Shown here: piece after piece, positions 33,850-46,299 of the stretch
How positions within the stretch are numbered: the first letter of the stretch is position 1
Layout: every line of letters begins with the position of its first letter
From: an uncultured Candidatus Rokubacteria bacterium
GTDB lineage: Bacteria > Methylomirabilota > Methylomirabilia > Rokubacteriales > CSP1-6
Length of the DNA: 64,000 nucleotides
Reading direction: 5' to 3'
NCBI GenBank assembly: GCA_963747235.1
Contig: CAVVEU010000014.1
Location: forward strand, 128,001-192,000
Made by a program: the position numbers and the translations under genes
Notes under the pieces: model-generated
What the model was told of the DNA's origin: nothing
The model's input: only the letters and a program-made list of their open reading frames with translations
Databases searched by the model: none

Positions 33850-34845
33850 ATGGCCACTGGCGCCGGTAGACCCGCGATCCTGATCTCCCGTCAGCTGCCC
33901 GAGCCGGCCGTCCAGCTCGCGCGGAGCCGGGCCGAGGTCGACGCGTACGCCAACGACGCGCCCATGCCGCGGGCGGAATTGCTCGAGCGTCTGGCCGGCA
34001 AGCAGGGCCTCATCTGCGTGATCAGCGAGGTCATCGACGAGGCGCTGCTCGCGACGCGGCCGGGCCTGCGCGTGGTCTCCAACGTCGCGGTGGGCTACAA
34101 CAACGTGGACGTCGCGGCCTGCACGCGGCGCGGCGTCGTGGTCACCAACACGCCCGACGTGCTCACCGACACCACCGCCGACTTCGCCTGGACCCTGCTC
34201 ATGGCCACGGCCCGCCGCCTGGTCGAGGCCGATCGCTACACGCGCGAGGGCCGCTTCCGGCAGTGGGAGTACATGCTGCTGCAGGGCGGCGACGTGCACG
34301 GCAAGACGCTCGGCGTGGTCGGCTTCGGGCGCATCGGCCGCGCCATGGCCCGGCGCGCCCTGGGCTTCGGCATGCGCGTGCTCTACCAGGACGCGGTGGC
34401 CGCCGATCCCGCCACCGAGCGCGCGCTCAACGCCACCCGCGTGGACCTGGCCACCCTGCTGCGCGACGCCGACTTCGTGACCCTGCACACCCCGCTCATC
34501 CCCGAGACGCGCCACCTGATCAACGCCGAGTCGCTCCGGACCATGAAGAAGACCGCGTACCTGATCAATGCCGCGCGCGGCCCGGTGGTGGACGAGGCCG
34601 CGCTGGTGGCTGCCCTCACGGAGGGCCGGATCGCGGGCGCGGGCCTCGACGTCTTCGAGGAGGAGCCCACGGTGCACCCGGGGCTCATCGGGCTGTCCAA
34701 CGTCGTGCTGGCGCCCCACATCGCCAGCGCCTCGCACGAGACCCGCCTTCAGATGGCCACGCTCGCGGTCGAGAACTGCCTGGCCGTGCTGGAGGGCAAG
34801 ACCCCGCCGACGCCGGTGAATCCCGAGGCCTTGAAGCGCGCCTAG
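33850..34845 (+). CDS. D-glycerate dehydrogenase / glyoxylate reductase
   Basis: VGYNNVD, TNTPDVLT, GFGRIG, NAARG, LDVFEEEP and PHIAS. Confidence 0.92.
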   Translation: MATGAGRPAILISRQLPEPAVQLARSRAEVDAYANDAPMPRAELLERLAGKQGLICVISEVIDEALLATRPGLRVVSNVAVGYNNVDVAACTRRGVVVTNTPDVLTDTTADFAWTLLMATARRLVEADRYTREGRFRQWEYMLLQGGDVHGKTLGVVGFGRIGRAMARRALGFGMRVLYQDAVAADPATERALNATRVDLATLLRDADFVTLHTPLIPETRHLINAESLRTMKKTAYLINAARGPVVDEAALVAALTEGRIAGAGLDVFEEEPTVHPGLIGLSNVVLAPHIASASHETRLQMATLAVENCLAVLEGKTPPTPVNPEALKRA

Positions 34846-34847
34846 CC

Positions 34848-35876
<1,029 letters not shown>

Positions 35877-35882
35877 TCCCCA

Positions 35883-35918
35883 CCTCATATCCCTCTCCCC
35901 CGAGGGGAGGGTGAGGGG
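35883..35918. repeat. CCCTCTCCC/GGGTGAGGG REP-like palindrome (family B) between convergent genes
   Basis: Related to 63126-63210. Confidence 0.65.
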
Positions 35919-35925
35919 TCGCAGG

Positions 35926-37581
35926 CTACCGTCGCGACGACGTGAGCCGGATCAGCAGGATCACCGGCAGCAGCCCCACCGCCACCAGCGTCAGCGCCGG
36001 CACCGCCGCCTCCTGCCACATCGATTCCGCGGTGCGCTCCCAGATCTCCACCGCCAGGGTATTGAGCCCGAAGGGACGCAGCAGCAGGGTGGCCGGCATC
36101 TCCTTCATCGTCTCGACGAAGACGAGCACGACCGCGGTGAGCAGCCCGCCCCGGATGAGCGGCAGGTGCACGCGGCGGAGCGCCGAGCCCGCCCGGGCGC
36201 CCAGCACCCGCGCCGCGTCGTCGAGGCTCGGCGGGATCCTGCCGAGGCTCGCGTCCACCGTCTGCAGGCCCACCGCGAGGAAGCGCACCACGTAGGCCAG
36301 GATGAGGCCCGCCGCGGAGCCGGTGAGCAGCAGCCCGAGCGGCCGGCCGAGCGCGCGCTCGAGCGCGGGCACCAGCGCGTGGTCGGCCCAGGCGAGCGGG
36401 AGCAGCACGCCCACCGCGATCACCGCGCCCGGCAGCGCGTACCCCATCGAGGCGAGCTGGGCCGCCACGCGGACGGTGGCGGTCCCGTGCAGCCGCCCCG
36501 CGTAGGCCAGCAGCACCGCGAGCAGCGAGGCCACCGCGGCGGTGGCGCCCGCGAGCGCACAGGTGTGCCAGAGCAGCGTGGCGAAGTCGGGCGCCACCTG
36601 CCCCGCGCGGATCGCGCTGATCGCCCACCACGCGAGCTGGCCCACCGGGAGCAGGAACGCGAGCGCGAGCACGCCGACGCAGGCGCCGGTCGCGGCGGCG
36701 GCCCGCCACCCGGCGAGGCGCACCGGCTCCACCACCGGCCGGCGCCGGCCGCTCTGGGTGAAGCGGGCGCGGCCACGCGAATGCCGCTCGAGCAGGAGCA
36801 GGCCTGCCGCGAAGACGAGCAGCAGGCTGGCGAGCTGGGTCGCCGCGATGCGGTCGAACATCCCGTACCAGACCCGGTAGATCGCCTCGGTGAGGGTGCG
36901 GTAGCCGAAGCTGGCGACGGTGCCGAAGTCCGCCAGCGCCTCCATCATCGCGAGGGCCACGCCGGCGACCAGCGCCGGGCGCGCCATGGGCACCGTGATG
37001 CGGAGGAACGCGGCGCCGCGCGACCGCCCCAGCATCCTGGCCACCTCGACGGAGGCGGCGCCCTGCTCGCGGAAGGCCACGCGCGCCAGCAGGTACACGT
37101 AGGGATAGAAGACCAGTGTCATCATCACCACGACGCCCGCGAAGGAGCGGATCTCGGGCAGCCGCGCGCCGGCGCCGATCCAGCGGCGCAGCCCGCTCTG
37201 CAGCGGCCCCGCGTACTCGAACAGGCCGATGAACGCGAAGCCGATCACGTAGGCCGGCACGGCGAGCGGCAGGATCAGCGCCCATTCGAGCACGCCGCGC
37301 CCGGGGAAGCGATGGTGCACGACGAGCCAGGCGAGCCCGCCCCCCACCACCAGGGTGCCGACGCCGACCCCGACCAGCAGCAGCAAGGTCTGCCCCACGA
37401 GCTCGAGGAGCTGGGTGCGCCAGAGATGGAGCCAGACGTCGCCCGCGGGAATCGCGAGGGAGGAGACGACCGCCGCGATGGGCACCGCGAGGACCGTCGT
37501 GATGCCGACCGCGAGCCAGGTCCAGAGGGACGGCCCCGCCGGCCGCAGCGCGAACACGCGGCCGGCGGGCCCTACCGCCAC
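35926..37581 (-). CDS. Fe3+ ABC permease (FbpB/FutB-like)
   Basis: Duplicated permease: PLAVPAYV, MEALADFG, YALPGAV and KEMPATLLLRP. Confidence 0.92.
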   Translation of the reverse strand: MAVGPAGRVFALRPAGPSLWTWLAVGITTVLAVPIAAVVSSLAIPAGDVWLHLWRTQLLELVGQTLLLLVGVGVGTLVVGGGLAWLVVHHRFPGRGVLEWALILPLAVPAYVIGFAFIGLFEYAGPLQSGLRRWIGAGARLPEIRSFAGVVVMMTLVFYPYVYLLARVAFREQGAASVEVARMLGRSRGAAFLRITVPMARPALVAGVALAMMEALADFGTVASFGYRTLTEAIYRVWYGMFDRIAATQLASLLLVFAAGLLLLERHSRGRARFTQSGRRRPVVEPVRLAGWRAAAATGACVGVLALAFLLPVGQLAWWAISAIRAGQVAPDFATLLWHTCALAGATAAVASLLAVLLAYAGRLHGTATVRVAAQLASMGYALPGAVIAVGVLLPLAWADHALVPALERALGRPLGLLLTGSAAGLILAYVVRFLAVGLQTVDASLGRIPPSLDDAARVLGARAGSALRRVHLPLIRGGLLTAVVLVFVETMKEMPATLLLRPFGLNTLAVEIWERTAESMWQEAAVPALTLVAVGLLPVILLIRLTSSRR

Positions 37582-37588
37582 CGCGGGC

Positions 37589-38612
37589 TTACTTGTACCC
37601 CGCCCGGTCCGCCAGCTTCGTCGCGGCCGCCTGGAACTCGCCGGCCGCCGCGATGTTGGTGTCGTCCTGCTTGAACTTGCCCCATGAGGCGATCAGGGGA
37701 TTCACGCCCGCCTGCGGATTCGCCGGGTACTCGAAGTTGGAGTCGGCGAACATCTGCTGGGCCTCGGGGCTCGTGAGGAACTCGATCAGCTTGATGGCCT
37801 CGGCGCGGTTCTTCGCGTGAGTCGTGACGCCCGCGCCCGAGATGTTCACGTGCGTCCCGGTCGTCTGCTGGTTGGCCCAGAAGGCGGCCACCGGGAACGC
37901 CGCGTCCTTGGCCAGGATGCGCCCGAGGTAGTACGTGTTGGTCAGGGCCACGTCGCACTGCCCGGCCGCGACCGCCTCCAGGATCTTGGTGTCGCCCTGG
38001 ATGAGGGTGGGATTGTTGGCGACCCAGCCCTTCACGATGCTCTCCGCCTTCGGCTCGCCGTACCGCTTGATCATGGTGGCCAGCAGCGACTGGTTATAGA
38101 TGTGGGTCGAGCTCCGCAGGCAGAGCCGGCCCTTCCACTTGGGATCGCCGAGCGCCTCGTAGGTGGAGAGCTCCTCCGGCTTCACCTTCTTGGTGTTGTA
38201 CATGATGGTGCGGGCGCGCACCGTGAGCCCGACCCACCGGCTCTCCGGATCGCGCAGGTGGGCGGGGATATTGACCTGGATCTCGGGCGAGTCCACCTCG
38301 GCCGAGCAGCCCCGCGCGCGCCGCGTTCCAGAGGTTGCCCGCGTCCACGCTGATCAGCACGTCGGCCGGCGTCTTGTCGCCCTCGGCCTTCAGGCGCTCG
38401 AAGAGCGGGCCGGACTCGCCGCCGAAGCTCTTCACCACGATGCCGGTCTTCTTGGTGAAGGCCTCCATCGCCGGCTCCTGCCCGTAGTGCGCGCGCGCCG
38501 AATAGACCATCACGTCCGCGCTCTCGCCCGTGGCGGCCACGCTCGCGGCGGCCAACCCGAGCGCCACCGCCAGGATCCGGGCCCCGCCTCGTCTCGTCTG
38601 CCGTGCCGTCAT
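37589..38612 (-). CDS. Fe3+ ABC substrate-binding protein (FutA/FbpA-like), frameshift near 38305
   Basis: VYSAR.HY, PADVLISVDAG, YNQSL, NTYYLGR, HVNISGAG and NFEYP. Confidence 0.9.
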
Positions 38613-38650
38613 GGTCGTCTCTCCCTCGCCGTGCCGTGGTGGGTGAAGCG

Positions 38651-38692
38651 GAGAGTGAGGCTACCCTAACCATCAGAGTGTGTCAAACCTAA
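38651..38692 (-). promoter_or_regulatory. Promoter overlapped by two DtxR/IdeR-like boxes
   Basis: TTGACA-N17-TAGCCT; TTAGGGTAGCCTCAC and TTAGGTTTGACACAC. Confidence 0.6.
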
Positions 38693-38713
38693 AACGGGCG
38701 GGTAGAATGCCTC

Positions 38714-39352
38714 ATGGACCCGCAGCTCTGGGCCTTCCTGCTGGTGGCGACCCTGCTCGCGGTGACCCCGGGGGCGGACACCCTGCTCGTGGCGCGCAAT
38801 GTCCTCGGGCGCGGCCGGACCGCGGGGCTCGCGACCATCGCCGGCATCGCCGCGGGCTGCTTCGTCCACGCCGCGCTCTCCGCGGTCGGGGTCTCGCTCA
38901 TCCTGGTGCGCTCGGCGGAGGCCTTCCACGCGCTCAAGTGGGGCGGCGCGGCCTACCTCATCATCCTGGGCATCCAGTCGATCCGGGGCTGGTGGCGCGC
39001 CGACGACGTGGCGCCGGCCGCCGCGGAAACGGATCGGGAGCGGACGGGAGCCCGACGGCTCCGGTCCTTCCTGGAGGGGCTGCTCACCAACGTGCTGAAC
39101 CCGAAGGTGGGGCTCTTCTACCTGGCGTTCCTGCCCCAGTTCATCGGGCCGGGCGATCCGGTGTTCGCGCGGTCGCTGCTCCTGGGCGGGCTGCACGTCG
39201 GCATCGGCGTCGTCTGGCTCTCGCTGCTGTCGTTCTCGCTCGTGCGGATCCGCCCGCTGGTGGAGAGCCGGCTCTGGCGCGCCCGGCTCGAAGGCGCGAG
39301 CGGGGCGGTGCTGATCGCGCTCGGGGTCAGGCTGGCTGCCGAGCGCCGCTGA
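38714..39352 (+). CDS. LysE/RhtB family exporter
   Basis: TPGAD, GAAYLI and NVLNPKV..F..AFLPQF. Confidence 0.92.
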   Translation: MDPQLWAFLLVATLLAVTPGADTLLVARNVLGRGRTAGLATIAGIAAGCFVHAALSAVGVSLILVRSAEAFHALKWGGAAYLIILGIQSIRGWWRADDVAPAAAETDRERTGARRLRSFLEGLLTNVLNPKVGLFYLAFLPQFIGPGDPVFARSLLLGGLHVGIGVVWLSLLSFSLVRIRPLVESRLWRARLEGASGAVLIALGVRLAAERR

Positions 39353-40588
39353 GGCCCGCGACCCGCTCGAGGCGCCGGCCCAGCCGCTCCAGGCGGTGCT
39401 CGAACGCGGCGAGCACGCGCGCGGAGGCGCGGTGCCGCCGGGCGAGCGCCAGGGCCTGCTCCACCACCTGGAGCGCCGCCGCGAGATCGCGCCGGCGATG
39501 CTCGTGGACCTTGGCGATCTCCTCCCACGGCCGCGGGTCGAACTCGCGGGGTGAATGGGCCGCCGCCTCCCACAGCGCGCGCGCCTCGTCCCAGCGCGCC
39601 AGGCGCTTCTCGCGATGCGCGAGCCGCAGCAGCAGGCGCTCGCGCGAGGGCGTCGGCAGCCCGGTGTCGAGCGCCAGGCGATAGCACGCCAGGCTCCGCT
39701 CCGGGTCCGCGCCCTCGAGCATCCGGCCGAGACCGGCCAGCGCTTCCGGATCGAGCTCGGGATGCGGCGCGCGCGCCACCGCGTCCGCGACCCAGCCGGT
39801 GAGCGCGGCGAGCGAGAGGATGTCGTGCCGGTTGTGCTCGAACACGCGCGGCAGCTCGTCCGGCCGCTTGCGCCGCAGGTACTCGAAGTACACGGTGGGG
39901 ATCAGCGCGCCCGGCAGGTCGTCGTCTCGGAGAAAGCCCAGCACGTCCTGCTCGACCGTCCCGAGCCGGCAATCGGCCAGGCGCGCGCTCCAGAGCCGCC
40001 GCGCCGGGCCGAGCAGGTCCACGTGGAAGACGTCGCCGGGAAACCGGCGGCGGCCGAGCACGAAGCGCGTCTCGAGCAGCGGCAGGTCGAAGCCGGCCCC
40101 GTTGTAGGTCACGAAGCCGTCGAACTTCCGGAACGTCTCCTCGAGGACGGTCAGCAGCGCCGGCTCCTCGTCGAGATCGCGCATGAAGAACTGGCGCACC
40201 TCGAACTCGTCGCCGTCGAAGAAGCCGACGCCGACCAGGAACGCGTAGGTGCCGGTCCCGCCCGCGAGCCCGGTGGTCTCGGTGTCGAGGTAGAGCAGGC
40301 GGCGCCCGTCGGCGACCGTCTCGCCGCCGCGGCTCAGCAGGGCCAGCGCGGCCGGCGTGGCCTCGCGCGCGGCCAGCAGCGGCTGCGCGCCGTGCCGGTG
40401 GCCCACCGGGTACCGGCGGCGCACCACCAGGAGCTTGCCCGCGCTCGGTCTCCTCGACGGCGCCGCTCGAGCAATGCCTCCAATGTCGGGCGGGCCGCCG
40501 CCGAAGACGAGGCGAGCGGATTCGACGTCCGCGTCTTCGCCTCGATGCGGCGAATGATCCGGGTCAGCTCGGTGAGATCGCGCGCCAC
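39327..40588 (-). CDS. YprB/MrfB-like RNase H-fold exonuclease with TPR tail (frameshift near 40440)
   Basis: [21 protein letters not shown] and HNRHDILSL. Confidence 0.88.
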
Positions 40589-40601
40589 GGGGACGGAAGG
40601 G

Positions 40602-42955
40602 TCAGCGCCGGGCCACGAGACGCTTGAGGATCGCGAGCGTGATCGGCTTGGCCTGGCGCCCCACCTCGTTCACGGGCCCCACGCACGAGGGACAGCCGCT
40701 CCGGCAGCCGCAGGCCTCGAGCGTCTCGAGCCCGCGCGCGAGCAGATCCGGCAGCACCTCGAAGATCCGCTCGGCCAGCCCGATGCCGCCCGGCTGGTTG
40801 TCGTAGAGGTAGATCGTGGGCGTGAAGGTCTCGCCCTGGAGGAGCTGGGCCCGCATGGTCTCGCGCGTCACCACCTGCCCCGCCTGCGACGGCGAGCCGT
40901 CGCCGAGCCACGCCCCCACGTCGCGGATGTCGCACAGCAGGAAGATCGGGGCCAGGCTGTGGAGGAGATGGGTGAGCGCGCGGAGCCCGTCCACCAGGTC
41001 GTCGCGGCGCGGGGAGATCTCGGCGAGCAGCCCGGGATGGAGCGTGAGCCAGACGCTGGTGGTCTGCATCTCCTGCTGCGGCAGCTCCACCTCGCCCGAG
41101 CCCACGTTCTCCAGCGTGCCCATCTTGATCTTCTTGAAGCCGACGACCTTCTCGGCCACCAGCACCTCGCCCTGCTCGGCGAGCAGGCCGGGCGTCTCCT
41201 GCCGGCCGAAGCGCTGGAGGATCCACACGCCCTTGGCGCTGATCGCGTCGGTGAAGTAGTCCACCTGCACCCGCTTGACGTAGGCCACCTTCTCCTCGTC
41301 CTCGCGGTAGTGGAGCTCCTGCACCTCGAAGGGATCGCCCTCCAGCATGTAGATCGCCTTCGGATAGATCATGGAGAAGGCGCTCTTCCAGTCCACCTCC
41401 GCGATGATCTGCCTTCGCTTGACCTGGGCCGCGTCGCGCGCCGTGGTGTCGATGACCAGGAAGTTGTCGGAGGTGACGGTGCGCAGCGAGATGTGGTCGG
41501 CCGGATAGGTCTCCGAGCTCCAGTGGAAGTGCTCCCCCGCCCGGTGGAGCACCCCCTCGTCCTCGAGCGCGGCCAGGTGCGCGGACACGTCGCCACCGAA
41601 GGCCTCCTCCGCTCCGATCGGCAGCTCGAAGGCCGCGCACTTGACGTGGTTGATCAGGATGAAGGGATTCTCCGGATTGATCCGCGCGTGCTCGGGCGAC
41701 GCTCCGAAGAGATAGTCGGGATGCGCGGCCAGGTACTGGTCCATCGGGGAGCTGGTGGCCACCATCACCGCGGCGGACTCGCCGGTGCGCCGGCCCGCGC
41801 GACCCGCCTGCTGCCACATGGACGCGATGGTGCCGGGATAGCCCGCGAGCACCGCGACGTCCAGGTGCCCGATGTCGATCCCCAGCTCGAGCGCGCTCGT
41901 GGACACCACGCCGAGGACGTCGCCCGAGCGCAGCCCCTGCTCCACCTCGCGCCGCCGCAGCGGCAGGTACCCGCCGCGGTAGCCGCGCACGATGCCGGAG
42001 TCGCCCGTCTTGTCCTCGACGCCCTTCTTGATCGAGGCCAGCACGACCTCGGTCGAGAGGCGGCTCTGGCAGAACACGATGGTGGCGACCTTCTGCTTCA
42101 GGAAGCGCGTCGCGAGCTTGGACGCCTCGCCCAGATAGGGCGCGCGGATGCCGAGCTCGGGATTCACCACCGGCGGGTTGTAGACCATGAAGGTCTTCTC
42201 CCCGGTGGGCGCGCCGCTCTCGTTCAGCTCGACCACCGTCTCCCCGGTGAGCCGCTGCGCCAGGTCGCCGCGGATTGGCGATGGTGGCGGAGGCCATGAT
42301 GAACTGCGGCGTCGCCCCGTAGTGCCGGCAGATGCGCTTGAGCCGGCGCAGCACGTTGGCGAGATGGCTGCCGAAGACGCCGCGATAGGCGTGCAGCTCG
42401 TCGATCACGACGTACTTGAGGTTCTGGAAGAGGTTCACCCACTTGGTGTGATGCGGCAGGATCCCCGAGTGCAGCATGTCGGGATTGGTCAGGACCAGGT
42501 TCGCCCGCGCGCGCACCGAGCGGCGCGCGTCCTGCGGGGTGTCGCCGTCGTAGGTGAACATCCGCATGTCGGGCAGCGTCTTCGACAGCTCCATCAGCTC
42601 GGCGAGCTGATCCTGCGCGAGCGCCTTGGTGGGGAAGAGGTAGAGCACCCGCGCCTCCGGCTGCTGCACCAGCGCCTGGAGCACGGGCAGGTTGTAGCAG
42701 AGGGTCTTGCCGGAGGCGGTCGGCGTGACCACCACGAGGTGCTCGCCCTTGGCCACCGTGTCGAAGGCCTTGGCCTGGTGCGAGTAGAGCTGCCCGACGC
42801 CGCGCGCCTTGAGCGCCTCCACGATGCGGGGGTCGAGCGAGGACGGAAACGGCGCGAACACGGGGGGTTTGGCGTCGAAGTGCCGGAGCGGCGGTGATGA
42901 GCGGGCCGGTCTCGAGCGACGTCAAGAGCTCATCGAGGAGCTCCCGGATTTGCAT
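40602..42955 (-). CDS. MrfA/YprA/Hrq1-like DEAH helicase with DUF1998 (frameshifts near 42270 and 42880)
   Basis: [38 protein letters not shown] and [10 protein letters not shown]. Confidence 0.9.
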
Positions 42956-43021
42956 GGCTCATCCTATGTTTAGTGAGCGCGGGTTGTCAACTTCGGGCCC
43001 CCTGTGCCACGCTAGACCACC

Positions 43022-43600
43022 GTGACGACGGCGCTCCGATTCCTGCCGCCGCTCGCGTGGTCGGTGCTGATCGCGTGGTTCTCGGGCGCCCGGTATCACG
43101 GGGGCGCCACGGCGCCGCTCGTCGAGCCCTGGCTGCGCGCGCTCCTGCCCTGGGCCACCCTCGAGCAGATCGCGGGAGCCCACTGGCTCCTGCGGAAGAC
43201 CGGCCACGTCGTCGAGTACGCGGTGCTCGCCCTGCTCTGGCGCCGCGCCCTGGCCGGCCCGGACGCGTCCGCGCCCTGGCGGTGGCCCCTCGCGCTCGCG
43301 GTGCTCACCGCCGGGCTCGACGAGATCCGCCAGGCCCTGACGCCCACCCGCGAAGGACGCGTCGCCGACGTGCTGCTCGACGGCGGCGCGGCGGCGGGCG
43401 CCCTGCTGGTGGCCGCGCTCGGCGCGCGGCGCGCCGCCGACGGGCTCGCGTGGGTCCTGCTCTGGGCCGCCGCCGCCGGCGGCACCGTGATGCTCGCGAT
43501 CGATGTGGCCGCGGCGGCGCCGTCGGGCTGGCTCTGGCTGAGCGTGCCCGCCGCGTGGCTCGCCCTCTGGGTCTGGCGGCGGAGGCGCGCCCGCGCGTGA
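43022..43600 (+). CDS. VanZ-family membrane protein
   Basis: LRKTGHVVEYAVL...DEIRQ..TP.R.G...DVLLD. Confidence 0.85.
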   Translation: MTTALRFLPPLAWSVLIAWFSGARYHGGATAPLVEPWLRALLPWATLEQIAGAHWLLRKTGHVVEYAVLALLWRRALAGPDASAPWRWPLALAVLTAGLDEIRQALTPTREGRVADVLLDGGAAAGALLVAALGARRAADGLAWVLLWAAAAGGTVMLAIDVAAAAPSGWLWLSVPAAWLALWVWRRRRARA

Positions 43601-45067
43601 GCGATCTGCCCGCGTGGCGGCAGGGCGACCTGCCGCACGCGCCCGCCTACACCCCCATCAACCTGGTCCGGGTCATCGGGCCGGGCGCGATCCTGCTCGG
43701 GGTCTCGCTGGGCGCGGGCGACTGGCTGCTCGGCCCGGCCGTCGCGGTCGCCTACGGCCCGGCCCTCCTCTGGATCTGCACGCTGTCGATCCTGCTTCCA
43801 GGGCGTGCTCAACGCGGAGATGGCGCGCTACACCCTGGCCACCGGCGAGCCCATCTTCACGGGCTTCATGCGCCAGCGGCCGGGCGCGCGCTTCTGGGCC
43901 GCCGGCTACTCGCTGCTGCATCTGGCCCAGGTCGGCTGGCCGGGCTGGGCGCTCGCGGGCGGCTCCGCGCTGGCCGCGCTGCTGCTCGGCCGCGTGCCGC
44001 GCGCGGAGGACCGCGACGCGGTGGTCGGCCTCGGATTTCTGATCTTCCTCGGCGCGGTCGGCCTCCTGCTCCTCGGGCGGCGCGCCCAGCGCGCGCTCGA
44101 GATCACCGAGTGGATCATGATGGCGTGGATGCTGGGGCTCCTCGTGGCGCTGGCCGCCCGCTTCGTGCCCGGGCGGGCCTGGGCGGTGCTCGCGTGGAGC
44201 TTCGCGGGGCGGCCGCTGTGGGAGCCGGGGTGGATCCCGTCGAGCTTTCCCGCCGCCACGGTCGACTGGGCGCTCATCGCGGCCTTCGCGGCCTATTCCG
44301 GCGCGGGCGGCACGATCAACGCCATGCTCACCTACTGGCTGCGCGACAAGGGCTTCGGGATGGCGGGCACGGTGGGCGCGCAGCCGACACCGGTGGGCGA
44401 TCAGACGATCCTGCTGCCGCGCGACGGGGCCATCTTCCCGCCCAGCGAGGCGAACCTCGCCAAGTGGCGCGAGTGGTGGCGCTACCTCCGGGCGGACCTC
44501 TCCTATCTCTGGACGGCCGGCTGCCTGATCGGCATGGGGCTGCCGGTGCTGCTCGCCCTCGACGCGATACCGCCGGGCACGGACATGGGGGGCTTCGGGG
44601 CGGGCGCGGTCTTCGCGCGCGAGCTGGCCCGGCGCTACTCGGGGCTGCTCTGGCTGCCCGCGCTGCTGACCACGCTCTGGATCTTCTTCTCGACCCAGGT
44701 CGGCATCGTGGAGGGCTTCGCGCGCAACGTGACCGAGATGCTGTGGACGGCGGGCGTGCGACCCGCGACCGCGGGCGCGGGCTGGGTCTACTACCCGGTG
44801 CTCGCGCTCTTCGTGCTGGCCGGGTGCCTCGCCATGACGGTGGGCGACCCGCTCACCGTGATCGTGATCGGCGCCAACGTCGCGGCGCTGAACTTCGCGG
44901 TGCTGTCCTTCCACACCCTGCGCCTCAATCGCGCGCTGCTGCCGGAGGCGCTGCGGGCGCCGCTCTGGCGCGAGATCGTGGTGGCGGTGGGCGGGCTCGG
45001 GTTCGCCGCGCTGGCCCTCCTCGCGGCGGCGGCCCGGCTCGGGCTGCTCGCCGCGCCCGGCCGCTGA
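43597..45067 (+). CDS. Nramp/APC-fold membrane transporter-like protein (frameshift near 43800)
   Basis: IGPGAILLGVSLGAGDWLLGP; N.EMARYTLATGE; YWLRDKGFGM. Confidence 0.75.
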
Positions 45068-45082
45068 GCGGACGCGGCCGAG

Positions 45083-46287
45083 CTACGCCGCCAGATGACG
45101 CGGCCGTTCACGCAGCACGAGCTTCAGATCGGCGAGCGCCTCGATGCGCTCGGCCGGGTCCGCCCGCCACCGCGATCAGATCCGCCGCGTAGCCCGGGGC
45201 CACGCGCCCGATCACCTCGCCCAGGCCCAGGCACGTCGGCCGCGGTCGACGGTGGCGGAGCGGATCGCCTCGAGCGGCGTCATGCCGTACTTCACCATCA
45301 GGGCGAGCTCGGGCAGCAGCGAGCCGTGGAAGTTGAGCGGCGTGCCCGAGTCGGCGCCCGCCGCGATCCGCACGCCCGCGCGATGCGCGAGCTGGAAGCT
45401 CGCGACGTGGGCGGGCATGACCTCCTCGGACTTGCGCACCATGAACGTCGGGAATCCCCGCCGCGAGCGCCGCCCGCCGCGATGGCGGTGGGCGCGTTCA
45501 GGGTGGGCACCAGGAAGGTCCCGTCGCGCCGCATGTGGGCCACGATCTCCTCGGTGAGGAAGATGCCGTGCTCGATCGAGGTGATCCCCGCGTCGATCGC
45601 CTCGCTGATCCCGGTCGCGGCCATGGCGTGGGCCGCGGTGCGCCGCCCCGCCTTCGGCTAGCCTCCTCGATGGCCGCGCGCATCTCCTCGAGCGTCAGCT
45701 GGGGCGAGCCGGGCTCCACCCCCGGGGTCATCACGCCGCCGGTGGCGATGATCTTGATCACGTCGGCGCCCGCCTTGAGCTGCTCGCGCACCGCCTTGCG
45801 CGCGTCGTCGGGCCCGTCGGCCTCGCGGCCGAGCCAGTGCCCGTGCCCGCCGGTCATGCACACCGGCCGGCCGGCGGCCAGGATGCGCGGCCCGTCGATG
45901 AGCCCCTCCTGGATGGCGCGGCGCGCCGCGATCTCCACGTACTCGCGGCCGCCCAGGTCCCGCACCGTGGTCACCCCGGCGCGCGCCGTCTCGCGCGCGC
46001 GCAGCAGCGCCTTGATCGCGGTCAGCGCCAGCGGCTCCTCGCGCAGCGGCCGCACCGGATCGGCCTCCGCGCCCGAAGCAGAGGTGCACGTGGCAGTTGA
46101 TGAGCCCGGGCAGGAGCGTGTAGCCCGCCAGGTCGACGCCGTTGCCGCGCGGCGCCCGCGCGTCGTCCACCACCGCGGTGATGACGCCCGCTCCTCCACC
46201 ACCGACGGCGCGGCCGCGCACGGGCTCGGCCCCCGTGCCGTCGATGATCCGCGCCCCACTCAGCACCAGCGTGTCGGAGGTGTCCAT
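45083..46287 (-). CDS. Metal-dependent amidohydrolase (Xaa-Pro dipeptidase-like), several frameshifts
   Basis: PGLINCHVH, GVTTVRDLG, GADVIKIIATGG, SIEHG and AAGADSG across three frames. Confidence 0.85.
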
Positions 46288-46299
46288 GGGCCCTCGGGG

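Noticed and set aside
39327-42955. Anti-phage helicase system (DISARM/Druantia-like DUF1998)
   Set aside because: Pairing with a YprB-like exonuclease matches the known MrfAB repair pair; no methylase or other defence genes nearby.
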